Translations under genes and position numbers: made by a program
Source: Callorhinchus milii
Taxonomy: Eukaryota
Assembly: GCF_018977255.1 (NCBI RefSeq)
Contig: NW_024704742.1
Coordinates: 102,736,001-102,800,000, forward strand
Direction of reading: 5' to 3'
DNA length: 64,000 bases
Notes under the pieces: model-generated
What the model saw: the letters and a program-made list of their open reading frames with translations, nothing else
The model's database searches: none
What the model was told of the DNA's origin: nothing
Shown here: positions 1-12,400 of the stretch, piece after piece
How the letters are laid out: each line of letters starts with the position of its first letter
Position numbering within the stretch: the first letter of the stretch is position 1

Positions 1-971
1 TACCCTAACTCTCTCACACACTCTCTCTCTCACACACACACACACTCTCTCTCACACCCTTCTCGTTGTCATATTTTTAATTCACTTTACAGTATATTCT
101 GTGAAGCGCTTTGAGATGTCTCAACGATGTAATAAGGCACTATATCAAATGTAAGGATTATATTAGTTTTATTATTTTCAGTTAAATCTTGGATGAGATG
201 TAAATTAAAATTAATTCCATTTCAGATGAGAGTTCAAGACAAAACAACTCATATGCTTAAAGACAAGGTAGGAAAACTACAATTCTGGTCCATGCTAGCC
301 CCAGATTCCTCCATTACACATTAAATCTCCGTCCCAGCAAGAGTTTTAACAAATTGAAATAGCTAAGCAGAGACCAGGCAGTTGGCATGAGTAATTCTCC
401 TTCATGTCATAATAAAATATACGCTGGTCACAAGAAGTTCAGTGCTTAGGATCACTGATCTTGCCGACAATTGTAAAATGAGGATTAATGGCTTTGGTTA
501 GTGAAACATTAAATTCAGGGACGATCCAGGCCATCTGCTTGCATGAGTTATTTGTTCAATGTGACTCAACAAGCCAAAATGTTTAAACGTCCTCATCATG
601 AACTGCTTTTGGAATTGACAACAGTCCGAGTGCTTCCTGATACAGCTGCAACATGAATGTCAAACATCTGCTGTATAACAGCATGTTTTAGAATAGGTCC
701 ATGATATTCTGGTTGATTTAAGACTTTTGGGGTGTTCAGTACAAAGGGAAACGGACAAATGACAGTGTAAAAGTCCTGGAGGATAAACGTTTGGCTCGTG
801 CCCCATTTTCAACCCTTGTTGATTGATAGAAACTGCTCTGCAATGTATACTGCTGTACTGAAAGTCTGTCAAAAGCCTCTGTTTGATGAAATGCCTGGTG
901 CCACCTTAATGCTTCACTAACTATATTTTGCTAAATTACTAAAATGTGAAATGCTAGTCTTTGTTTGGACT

Positions 972-1532
972 CCCGGGAGAGGTAAGCAGGGTCTCCTTGA
1001 AGCTGAGCTGACTCAAAAGTAATGTGCTTAGTATCAGAATTGAGTCAACATTCTGTGGCAATCTGGTTTTCATCCAAGTAGGTCCACAATATTCCAGGAC
1101 ACAGCTGGTGACAGACCGTCAATCCTGGATTATTAGCAGGGCTTGGAGGGCAGACCAGTCACTGGACAGGTATTATTCACAATTTTCTCCTGGTAAACTT
1201 GCATTCTAAAGTCCTAATGGTAATCCTAGCTAGACAAGCAGTGGCAATCTTGCCAGGCAATGCTCTTAATGTCAAGCTATGCAGTTTTAACTGGTTAAAC
1301 ATCCAGCAAAACCCAAAGCAATCATGAGTCCCTAACCTTGGCGTTCGGCAAACTAATACTCTCCATTAGATAAGCACAATGCGTCCCTCCAGGATAAATG
1401 CACATTCTATTTCAGACACGGGAAAATTTTGATGTGTAGGTGGCATATATATGTACAACTCTCAGACTGGTTTAATCTTAAATACGGGGATGGGCTTCTG
1501 CATGCATCAGACACCTGGCTGACCAAAAAAAA
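972..1532 (+). mobile_element. unidentified A-tailed retroposon, copy 1
   Basis: Similar along its length to 28840-29417; ends gacacctggctgacc-A8; candidate TSD tggact (966-971/1533-1538). Confidence 0.75.
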
Positions 1533-2904
1533 TGGACTTGGAGGTTCAATCATGGCTTACAAATATCATTACGAGCCATTCAGATCAGATATTTTCTCAG
1601 GAAATCACATTAACAATTTGTGACGCCCCAGTGCTTTTCTGAATCCGAATAAGTGTTTGGGAAAGCTCTGACCTGTTGTTGAATGAAACATGGTACTAAA
1701 TTTCATTGACACAGATGAGATATTCTGTTTATTCTGTCTGTGCAAGTGATCCTTCAGATCCTAGGCATCCTTTACATTGATTCTATAGTAATTCATACTG
1801 TCTGTTATTTGCCAGAAACCAACTGGGGATTGTCACTCAGCAGACTCGCACGGATTAAATCACAATTGTTGATTCTTCAGTCTGGATGTCATTACCGCAT
1901 CCACTGCACAGAACCTGCTGTTTGTCTGAATCTCATTGCCGGCCAACAGAAAGAACACAAAATGGACTAACCCATTGAACTCCACAGTGTATATTACAAA
2001 ACGGAATAAGCGATACATGGAAGTGATTTTAAGGTTGTAATCTTATCTTGTGGTTCAGAAGGTGATTCTAAGCTGCTGGAGTCTTAGGTTTAATGCTGTC
2101 ATTTGATCCCACGTATGAAGTTACTGCCTTGTAATTATTCCCAGGTACCTATCATTCTACATTAGAATATAGACTGGTTTCTCCTTCTCTCTTTGCAGTT
2201 AACATGTTCCTTTATTCCTGTTCATTTTCAGTCAGACTTTATTTTACTGGAAATCCTCACAAAACAGGTAATTGATCCAAACAAAGAATATTTAAAAACA
2301 AACTGTTTGCAGGTGCAATACTCAATGTAGTTTTACTTATATGATGAAGGAGATTATTGCAAGATGGGAAACTGGACGCCGAGTCTCAAACAATGTCTTA
2401 CAAGAAATCCTTAGGCACAGCAGAAACAATTGATTTATGGCCAGTTACATTGATGCATGTCTAACAGACACATGTGTTATGCATAAATTTTTTTTTTTAT
2501 TTTATCAAAAATGAATCATATGACCTACTATAACCAATTTGTCTGAACTGCGGACAGGAAGATGGTGGCAATGCTGAGTTGTGTTGCCCGAAAGGAAGCT
2601 CACAGAGAGTATCTTACTATCCATCTGGTTAGGGTTCAAACTCACGCTTATCAGTACTCCAGAGCACAGAAAAAACTAAGGATGCGAAAGATCGAACATA
2701 GATTTACCTAACCTTGTGCGAATGTTCGGGGGGGGTGGGGGCTGAGGTGGGGTGGGATTGCTCCTTGATGGCCCGGGGCCCACTTCTGGCCTGCGAGTCA
2801 CAGGTTGGCCATTGAGATAAATGAGGGAGTTAAGCTGACATGTCGCAAACATCATTTAACTTTGATAAATGATAGAGAATATTGCTGACAAAATACACAA
2901 TTAC

Positions 2905-3110
2905 TGCACTTATATAATAATAATAATAATAATAATTCTTGCAGTTGATGAAGCACTTTATCACATTTTCGAGACATCTCAAAGCGCTTCACAGGATATA
3001 CTGTAAAGTAAATTTATTGCATATTTTGTGGGTGAAACGCAGCAGCCAATTGCGCACAGCAGTGTCCCACAAACAGTCATGGATTGAGTGACCAAATTAT
3101 TATTATTTGA
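2905..3110 (-). mobile_element. SINE 3' tail (L2-type) fragment
   Basis: (taa)n..cttgca..aaagcgcttcacagg..gcagccaattgcgcacagcagtgtcccacaaacag. Confidence 0.8.
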
Positions 3111-4425
3111 TTTTGAAGGGATTGTTAGCCCAGAAAAGTGATCCACCAATCGACTAAAAGAACTGTGAAGTTCTTTGGGACGTCCTCCTGACATGAAAGG
3201 CACTATACCAAATGTAAGGATTATTATTATTAAAATATATAGATAAGTAAGCTTAACACTAATATGCTGGCTCACCCCATTTCAAGAGAATTACGAAAGT
3301 TTTTTAATTTAGCAATAAACTATTGGAATACTGTACAAATGTTTTTTTAAAAACAGTTTTCTCTTTAAAATGCAAGTCTAAAATGATTTCTGAGGTAGAA
3401 ATTTCAATTTATTATTCTAACCATGGAAAACGGTCATGCAGCATTGTCTATAAATATTTTTTGCAAGAAAGTCTGATAATAGAACATGGCTTCAAGCAGT
3501 GTAGTAGAAAGAAATGAAGACCTAAAAGATTAATAGTAATAACTATTTCAATTCTGAACTATCCAAGGGCTAAAACTATATATGTGTGCAATTCCAGTCC
3601 AAAACTGGCCAACCCGTCTGTGTAGGAAATCTTTGCAAGGGAATAGAGCAAGGGAAAGAAACTTCAACAAATTCTGATAGAAAAATACCAATGAAAGTTT
3701 AATGATACAATTGCACTCACACTCATAATAGAAAAATACTGTTTTGTTGGAAATTATAGAAATTCTACTATTCCTTTTTTTATACAGCATTTGGGAGATT
3801 GGCCAGTTTGGTCTTCCAATGATATTTGCTTAGTGATAGCTTAAACGTGTTTAGCAAAGTAACAGAATATTTCCTTTAAAAAAAAGCAGCTACACTCTTT
3901 ATAAAAGCAATGAAATATACCAACACTTCTAATCTCATTATTTTTATCCATCTCAGAAAAACAAAGTATTCTTGCAATTATATTTCAAGATTCAAGAAAA
4001 CATTAATACAAATTGCAATTGTATAATTCCATTGCTGTAATGAACATTATTGAAGAAATCATTTAAGTCCAAATGACTTTATGGAATTGACATTACCTAG
4101 TATGCAGTCATTAAAATTCAATACAGACTTTTAAAAAGAAATATTTCCCTCCTGAAAATTTTGCAACAGTTTGGCTAGATTAAATTATTATCAGTTCATG
4201 AAGACCTTGATAAAGTTAGTGCAAGTGTGCTCTAACTCATGGCGGTGCTTAAAGTTGATCCAATGGACATTGCCTCATGTTATAAAGGCTTGAATGACTT
4301 GAATGCATCTATTTGTTATTCCTTGGACATGAATGCTAATTTCTCTGCTGCCCAGTGACATATGAATTAACTTAAAAGGTAATTTCAGATCACTTTGAAT
4401 GTTGTAGTTAACTATTTATAGAGTA

Positions 4426-5016
4426 CTAACTGTACCCGTTGCAGCTTCGCTTGCAGCCAAAGGATCCAATATGGAATGTAGATTGACACACAGACAGACT
4501 CTTTATCGATACTCAGCTGGGAAGACTCCTGTGAGAGGATTCCTTCAATATATTTTCTCTCTGTCTCTCTCTGTCTCCCTCAGTCTCTCTCATTATCTCA
4601 GTCTCTCTCTCTCTCTCTCTCAGTGTATCTCTCTCTATCAGTTTCTCTCTCTCGCTCTCTCTCTCACAGTCTCTCTCTCTCTTTCTCTCTCTGTCTCGCT
4701 CTCAGTCTCTTTCACCATCTCAGTCTCCCTCTCTCTCTCTCTCTCAAGCTTTCTTTGTCTCCCACAAAACACACAGTCACTACACTTTATAATGTATTCT
4801 CTCTCACAGTCTTTCTCTCTCGGGATGGATAGAATATATGATAGGAGATATTATTTTGAGATTCCCCCCCAAAAAAATATGGCCATGACACTGCCAGTTG
4901 CAAGATATTTCCGATGAGGTATAAATCATGTCACTACGTCAATCGCTTATTGCATGATTATCAGATATACGTGACAGACAGACTGACAGACAGACATTTC
5001 ATTTTAATGGTATAGA
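4426..5016 (-). mobile_element. non-autonomous Helitron
   Basis: A|TCTATA...TTAG|T termini; sub-terminal GCGAAGC hairpin; both ends align to the ends of the Helitron at about 22006-24799. Confidence 0.85.
4556..4820. repeat. degenerate (CT)n microsatellite inside the non-autonomous Helitron
   Basis: long tctctc tract. Confidence 0.95.
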
Positions 5017-5609
5017 TATCGCAATGTGTTTTCCTGCTGGTTTTTCACTCATAGCTTAATGCATTGTATTGAAACAGTCTTAATTCAGGACCGTGTGAAC
5101 TATTGCACAGGATTGTTAGTAATGAATGTACGTAATTGATGTTTCTGTCATTGAAATACTGTACATTTTGGCACAGGGCACACAGCTTTATGTAGGTGCT
5201 GGTATAACCTATACACTGGTATAACTATGGACCGAGGCCTGAAATAAGAACAGGGGTAGATTATTCAGAAGAAACGGAACACAAATTCTTGTTTCTGTAC
5301 ATCAATCCGTTGGACCAATGAGGCTAGCTAAAGCTTTTTGCCATTGTTGTCGTTGAAACCTCTAAAGATCACTGAGACTTTGGTTCGGATCCATTATGTT
5401 ATCAGAGACAAAGTCGGTTGACACCGCTTGTGTCACAAGGCGTGTTTGATAGTAATCGTACAACATTTGTTCCACTATGGCGATTTTCACATGCCAATGT
5501 CACTGCAAAAAAAACTTTTCACAATTGTTTTTATTGAATTCTTTAACTAAAGAAACTCATAGTTAATGGTTCGGGACCCAAAGGTTGAGAATTTATTCAT
5601 TGGTAATAT

Positions 5610-6145
5610 CCATTCTTATTTAAGAAAGGATATACTCGCCTTAGATGGGCTGCAACGTAGGTTTACTAGGTTGGTTCCTGGGATGAGAGGGCTGATCTAT
5701 GAGCAGTGGTTGAGTAAACTAAGCCTATATTCTCTAGAATATAGAAGAGTTAGAGGTCATCTTATAGAAACTTATAAGATTCTTAAGGGTCTTGACAAAG
5801 TAAATATTGTGAGACTGTTTCCCCTGGTTGGAGAATCTAAAACTAGGGGTCATAGTCTCAGGATTGAAGGTCAGCCTTTAACTCAGTTGAGAAAACATTT
5901 CTTCATTCAGAGGGTAGTGAATTTATGGAATTCTCTACACCAGAAGGCTGTGGATGCTCAGTCCTTGAACATATTCAAGACTGAGATCGATAGATTTTTA
6001 AAAAACTAAAGGGATTAAGGGATATGGGGATAAGGCGGGTAAATGGAATTGGGTTAGATCAGTCATGATCTTATTCAATGGCAGGGCAAGCTCGAGGGAT
6101 TGAATGGCTTACTCCTGCTCCTATTTCTTATGTTCTTATGTTCTA
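5610..6145 (+). mobile_element. CR1 LINE 3' end (ORF2 C-terminus plus UTR)
   Basis: RKDILALDGLQRRFTRLVPGMRGL..LYSLEYRRVRGHLIETYKILKG..VVNLWNSL; (ttcttatg)n tail. Confidence 0.92.
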
Positions 6146-6175
6146 TTATAAACCGTGGATATTTGTTGGTTGTAC

Positions 6176-6185
6176 TTTATTTATT
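6176..6185 (-). promoter_or_regulatory. candidate polyadenylation signal (overlapping AATAAA hexamers)
   Basis: + strand tttatttatt, about 110 nt past the stop codon. Confidence 0.55.
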
Positions 6186-6295
6186 TATCAACTTTTTGTA
6201 CAAAAATGTATATAAAACCATATAAACTTTGCAGGGTTTTCATTATGAAAGTAGAATAAAGGTACAATCTGAAATGCACATTTTGTCTGTGTTTC

Positions 6296-6454
6296 TCAAG
6301 AGTCCAAGATAGGTATATTTTCTTTCAACCAGTCATGGACTTCAGCTTGAAGTTTCTCCCTCCAATTCAGCATATCTTGTGTAATGTTAAAGAGCTTTTC
6401 AAAGATCTCACGTTCCTCATGTTTTTCAACAAAATCGTTAACGAATACCTTAAG
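6296..6454 (-). CDS. LVRN: aminopeptidase exon 20, coding part (to TGA)
   Basis: acag|[53 protein letters not shown](x)10W spacing typical of M1 C-termini. Confidence 0.92.
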   Translation of the reverse strand, partial: LKVFVNDFVEKHEEREIFEKLFNITQDMLNWREKLQAEVHDWLKENIPILDS

Positions 6455-9400
6455 CTGTGGAGGGAGCAGATGGAGGTGGGGATTAGCTGAGACATGGGAA
6501 GTGGCATGTACAGTTCGGATAATAACCTCAGCCCTGTGCAGCAGGTCTGATCAAAGTCACAGCAACCAATATACCAGCTGAGTTCCCTGGCTCAATCCTA
6601 AGGTTGTGACCTGATGCAGGATAGAGGTCACACTCTTCCCGCCAGAAATGGATATAAATTCAAAAGTAGACTCACACATAAGCAAATCCAAGCTCAGTCA
6701 GGGGGCCTTCCAATGGGCTTGTCTGTAAGTGTAATTTCTAGCAGCAGTGACTGGATAGCAGCCAAAAGCTGGAACCTGGAGCAAACCTACACCTCTAACA
6801 AGTATATGTGGAGAATGATCATTGGCTCTGCCTGAACTAGGGAAATACTACTTAGCAGGGATCCGCTTCCTGGATACCCACTTCACGGTAGACACATCAA
6901 CTGCCCCAATACTGTATTATTTTATCCAATAATTGAATTGAAAAACAACATAAAAATATTAAATTCACCTTGTAAATCTTTACTTCATTCTGCAATACAA
7001 CAAGCGAACGAAGCATGAAGTTGCCTCAGTGCCAGCTTGCCAAAGCTGACAGAGTGTTATTAGAGAAACCTTTTCCCCTGAACTCCCCAAAAAACAAAAA
7101 CAGTCCTTTAGTAAGGGAGCTTGCATGATAACAATCATTTGACTACTCAATGCAGCTCATTTCAATTCTGTCTTAAGATCAGAAGTTTCCTTTAAAGCAT
7201 TGACACGATTATTTCTTAAAACAAGAGCAGTGATTGGATTGAGCACTGCGTGTAATCCATGCATAATTGTGGCTATAAAAAAAACTACGGGAGCTTTGTG
7301 CAATATCATTTTGAAGTAAGTGGGTATCCATTGCTTTTAAGTGGCTGTGGCTCTGAGCAAGGCGACAGGAAGTTTTAGTTGTGTATGTGCAGAGCTAACA
7401 ATCTTTGTTAGGTTACAACATTTAGCATTCTTCTATTTGATTGTAGCTATCACTATTGGTGGTGGTACAGTTTTAGGTTTCACATGATTACTTACTTCCA
7501 AGCCAATTCAGCTCTATTTCCTAGAATTGGCCAATTTCTCATCTACTATAGAAGCTCCCTCTATTTCCATGCCTTTCAATCTTGTGACCCAATCTCCTTT
7601 GTTGCACTGTATTGAAAGCTTTGCTGGATTCTATTGCCCACAGAGTCCATCAATTCGATTATCTCTTTAAAGAATTCCAATAGATTTGGCAGACTCAATC
7701 TCTTAGGAAAATAAGAACTAGAAAAGACCACTGCTATTCCATCTGGCCAGTCCCAAAGTAAAAAGAAAAATAACCTTAGATTAATAATAAATAATCTTGC
7801 AGTATCCCTAAAGCCAAGTTGTTTCCCTCTTAGAATGCTATATTTCTCTAGGTTTTTCATTAATCCCTCCTTTATGTTTTGCCTTCAATGTTTCCCTATA
7901 ACAGATATCAGAAATACTGGCCTATAGTCCTTGTCCTGGAATTTGAGGACCCCAAAACGTCACCTTATCTTGGACTGTAAGACCATTTTATCATAACAAT
8001 TTTAAATTCTTAAATTCAGTCCAATCTGTCAAAAGAACTGATTTCTAAATCAACACTGATTTAAGAATTTTCAACCATTCTGGGCAAGTTGTTGTTGCAT
8101 CTTAATTTTAAGATAAAACCTGTTTCATAAGGATTAGGTGGAATTTGGGGTTTTGGTCTATATCTGCTTTAGGAAAACAGTTTGTGATTTCCACCATGAA
8201 CATATGCTGAAAGTTTTGGAACATATCCACCATACTCACCCACATACTCACCCGTACTAAACTCTGTACCCCCATCACACCGGTTCTTGCCAGGCTCTAC
8301 TGGCTCCCTATCACTGAACGGATTGATTTCAAAATCCTCACACTCATCTTCAAATTGCTTCATGCCCTGGCATCTTCTTACCTCTCCAACCTGCTTATCC
8401 CCTAACCTACTGCCCATTGCCTCCGCTCAACTGGCTCCAGCCTCTGCTTGTCCCTCGTGCCTTCCGTTCCAACATTAGTGGCCCCATTTTCAGCCTCACT
8501 CCTTCCTTTTTCACCTTCAGGTCGAGCCTAAAAACCTTCCTCTTCAACATGAATCAGAGAACAGATCTAACAGTAGGATCAGTTCTCTGGTTCACATTTT
8601 TGGCCAAAAGGACTATTCATACAACAATACAATTTACATTTAAATAGTGCCTCTCACTTAACACAAGTAACTGTGCAAATGAGCTGAGGAAGGGTTGGGG
8701 GTGGTGGGTGGGGGCTGAGAAAGGTGGAAGTGGGTGGAAGATGATTGAAAGCACAGTCAAAGAGGTAGTTCTTAAGGTGTGCTATAAAAGTGTTTATAGC
8801 CTGATTCCAACATAGCCTGGAAGAATGGAGGAGGTGAGGTGGAGGCACTCCAGGATGGAGTTCCAAAGAATGGAGGCAGAACGGCTGAAAGCTCAACCAC
8901 TGATGTTGGCGTGGATTGGGTGTGGGACATAAAATAAGCCAGTGTTCACTGAATGGAGGAAATGATCAGATTAGTAGGGTATATATTAGGTTACAGAGGT
9001 AGGGTAGGACATGGCCTTGGCGAGATTTGAATATGAGGATGAGGATCTTGAATTATAATACTGGATTTGATGGTCACAAGGCCATCTCAACAGCTGACAA
9101 GTTCAAGTGAAATGTCCATACCTCTTGGAGCTCAAAATCAGATGAAAACGTGAATATTACAGCATTCAGTAGATTTGCAAGTTCAGAGGGGGAGTCTTTA
9201 GAGCTATAAATGAGAAGTAAAATGTTTTGAAAGATTAATACAATCACTTTTTTTGTTAAAAACAATTATTGTACATAAAGAGTTCTGAAAATTAAAACCA
9301 AAGCTTATTTAGTGAGTAGTCAAGTTGCAGTGTCAGTTTTGCTTTGTTGGCAGCATACTGTGTCAAAAGGAGGTGGGACACTGCTGTGCAGATTAGCTGC

Positions 9401-12400
9401 TGTGGTGTTTGCAAAACAATAAGTGTCAATGCTCAAAGCTACTATTAACATAAGATACTTTAAGAAGTTTCATTCTGATTAGGGGCTGTATCAAATGCAA
9501 CTATTACTTTACAGTCAATGCGATGTGCAAAGGGAGTGAAAATTATCAATAACAAGGTGAAATTTGTGGTCCACATGGTCATTTTTCATGCTTAAGTCTG
9601 GCCACTAAATATTGTGTGTTCAGATACACTATAACAATAATAATAATCCTTGCATTTGGTATAAGGCCTTTCATGTCAGAAGGATGTCCCAAAGCACTTT
9701 GCAATTCACAGGATTTTACTGTGCATTTACTTTGTATTTGTGGGTGAATGCAGCAGCCAAGTTGCACACAGCAGTGTCCCATAAACAGCCATGAAGTGAA
9801 TGACCAATTTTATTTGGGGGATTGTTGATCAGGACACTGGGGATCTCTTTTCGAATAGTGCCAGGGGATCTTTAATGTCCTCCTGATCAGATATACAAGA
9901 CCTCAGTTAACATTTCTGATGCCATTCAGCATCACAACCAAGCAGGATCCTGTAATCATTCAATACAGGTTCGCTTTATAGCGGGATCACTGGATAGGAA
10001 TCAGGAGCAGAAATCCCAATTAGTATTTTCTAACTCAGGAGTGCAGAGGCCAACTGTAGCACCCTCTACTGTCACTAGGATCAGCTGCAACACAACAGAT
10101 CAGAGATTGAATTTAGGACTTTCTAGAGGTATAAGATTCCATACACCAATACTTAATGACAGCTTAAAACATGATGATTGACCACTTCAGTTTGTTATTG
10201 ATTATTGATTATGTTAGCCTACAAGAACAATTTGTCTTACAACTTAAAACAGTGCCTTCACCAAGAGAGAGCTTGAAAAAAAATTGTATCTGATGTGTTA
10301 ACCTCTTTTGACATAAGCCTGAATCAGGGTTTGGATTCTATTGTGATAGCCAATAGAAATAAAGGCCTAAAATTCCATCAAGTCTTAGTTTATAAGTCCA
10401 TTTTTAAGATGGTGCAGAAAAAAGGAAAATTCTGACTTACCTTCTGTCTTAATTTCTTTCCACTGAATTTATATTTTTTCCACAATTCTACATGATTGTT
10501 GCATATGATATAGTGCCTTATCAAATTGTCGGATTAACAGGATTAATTGTGAAACGCAGTGACTGTGTAATTATCAACAAAATGATCTTACAAGCTATAA
10601 CTATGTGGAAATTTGGGCCCAGAATGGGGGAGACTTAACCTCCCTAGTGTATTTTTTGAAAAAGAATTTTAGATGGTGCTGAACTGTGGAAAATTCTTCA
10701 ATTTGGAAATCATCTTTCTTTCCCCTAAATTAAAACTAAATTGAAGAATTTTCCACAATTCTCCATCATCTTAAATGATAAGACAAAATCATCTTAGAAC
10801 TAGATAAAATTTCAGGCCGCAGATCTGCATAGCTCAGTTTTGTACCAGACAGTGGCTATCCAAATTGAATCATCAGAGGCACTCATTCCCTGTGATCAGG
10901 AACAACCCAAATTCTATACATCTGGACTTACTTTAATTTAAACTTTTCCCAGTTTGCTCTTATAAAGTTCCATACTAAAACCTGACCGACAGGATTTTTG
11001 GCCATACTACGCAAAACCGTCAGAGATTGACTGTAAGACATTTTTTCACCATTTAGAGCGTAGGATAAATATCTGTAAAAATAAAACATAAAAATATAAT
11101 ACGCTATTGTTTGTTAGTGATATACATTTCACTATGCCAATTACCGTTTGAGTGATGTCATGCCTTGTTACATGAATGGCATTCATTGGTGGATTATTTA
11201 TTAATAATAACTTGCATTTATATAACAACCCAAAACAATTACACTTGTATAGCCCCTTTGACGTCAGGAAGATGTCCCAAGGTGCTGGACAGTCAAGGAT
11301 TTGCACTCAGGCTAAGAGTTGGGATATAACAACTTTCACGTAATAAATAAATGTCTCAGAATGCTTTATGAATATTATAGAATGAGCTCTTTAACAGCAT
11401 TACATTGAAAATTCTTGATCCATCCGTTGGACCACATGAAACTGTTTGAAGGACCATTTGGGAAATGGAGCCAAACGATATTTGCACTGTTCTTTTTGTA
11501 CCCAAACCGCTCCTCAAACCACCACCACTCGCTCCAGGCTCTGGGGAGTGAGGCTCTAGCATGACAGGCACTGGCTCTGCTGTTCTTTAACCTTCACATT
11601 GTGTTGGGAATCGCTCTGAACAGAACATTCCAAACACGGCATTACTGAAATAAGCAATGTGAGCATGTTGTAAGTTAATACCTGAAAAATGCCATCAACA
11701 TTTTCTTTGCAAACAAGACAAAATCCCTCAAAAAAAAACTGAAAAGGATGTTAACATTATTCTTATATATTTCTAATCACTTGTTTTTAAAAGGGGGAAA
11801 ACTGCAGAGATTCTACAGAGTGAGATGGGTGATATTGTAACAACAACTTGCACTTATATAGCGCCCTCCACGCCGGGCGGCGTCTCAGAGTGCTTAACAA
11901 TGGTGGAGCGCCCAAGGCCGAGTCAGGGGGGAGGGGGAAGGTGACCTTGGTGGCCTTGTCCGTGACGTACAGGTTGGAAATGTCAAGGCCATGTGTGATG
12001 ACGAGGTCGAGGGGGTGGCCATGGTTGTGTGTCGGTAAGTTGATGTAGAGGGTGAGGTTTAGGGAGGTACTATGCAAACTCCCTGCTTGTCGGCCTTCCC
12101 AACTCCTCCCTCCACAGGCTGCAGATAATCCAGAACTCTGCAGCCTATGTCCTCTCCCACACCAAACTCCATGACCCCATCTCTCCCATTCTCACCCGAC
12201 TCCATTGGCTCCCTATCCTTCAGAGGATCCAGTTCAAGATCCTGGTCCTCACCTACAATGCCCTCCATGGCCTCCCCCCACCCTACCTCTGCAACCTCCT
12301 AACCCCCTACTAACCCACCCGCTCCCTCCGCTCAGCCGGCTCCAGCCTGCTCCACATCCCCCGACCCACCCACCATTGGTGGGAGAGCCTTCAGCCACTC

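Noticed and set aside
226..267. 42-nt plus-strand AG..GT segment (MRVQDKTTHMLKDK)
   Set aside because: No recognisable homology or partner exons.
2331..2414. Sushi-like peptide CKMGNWTPSLKQC
   Set aside because: Short, bounded by stops, no proper acceptor; likely chance.
4471..4917. 148-aa Ser/Leu-rich ORF
   Set aside because: Translation of the (CT)n microsatellite in the non-autonomous Helitron.
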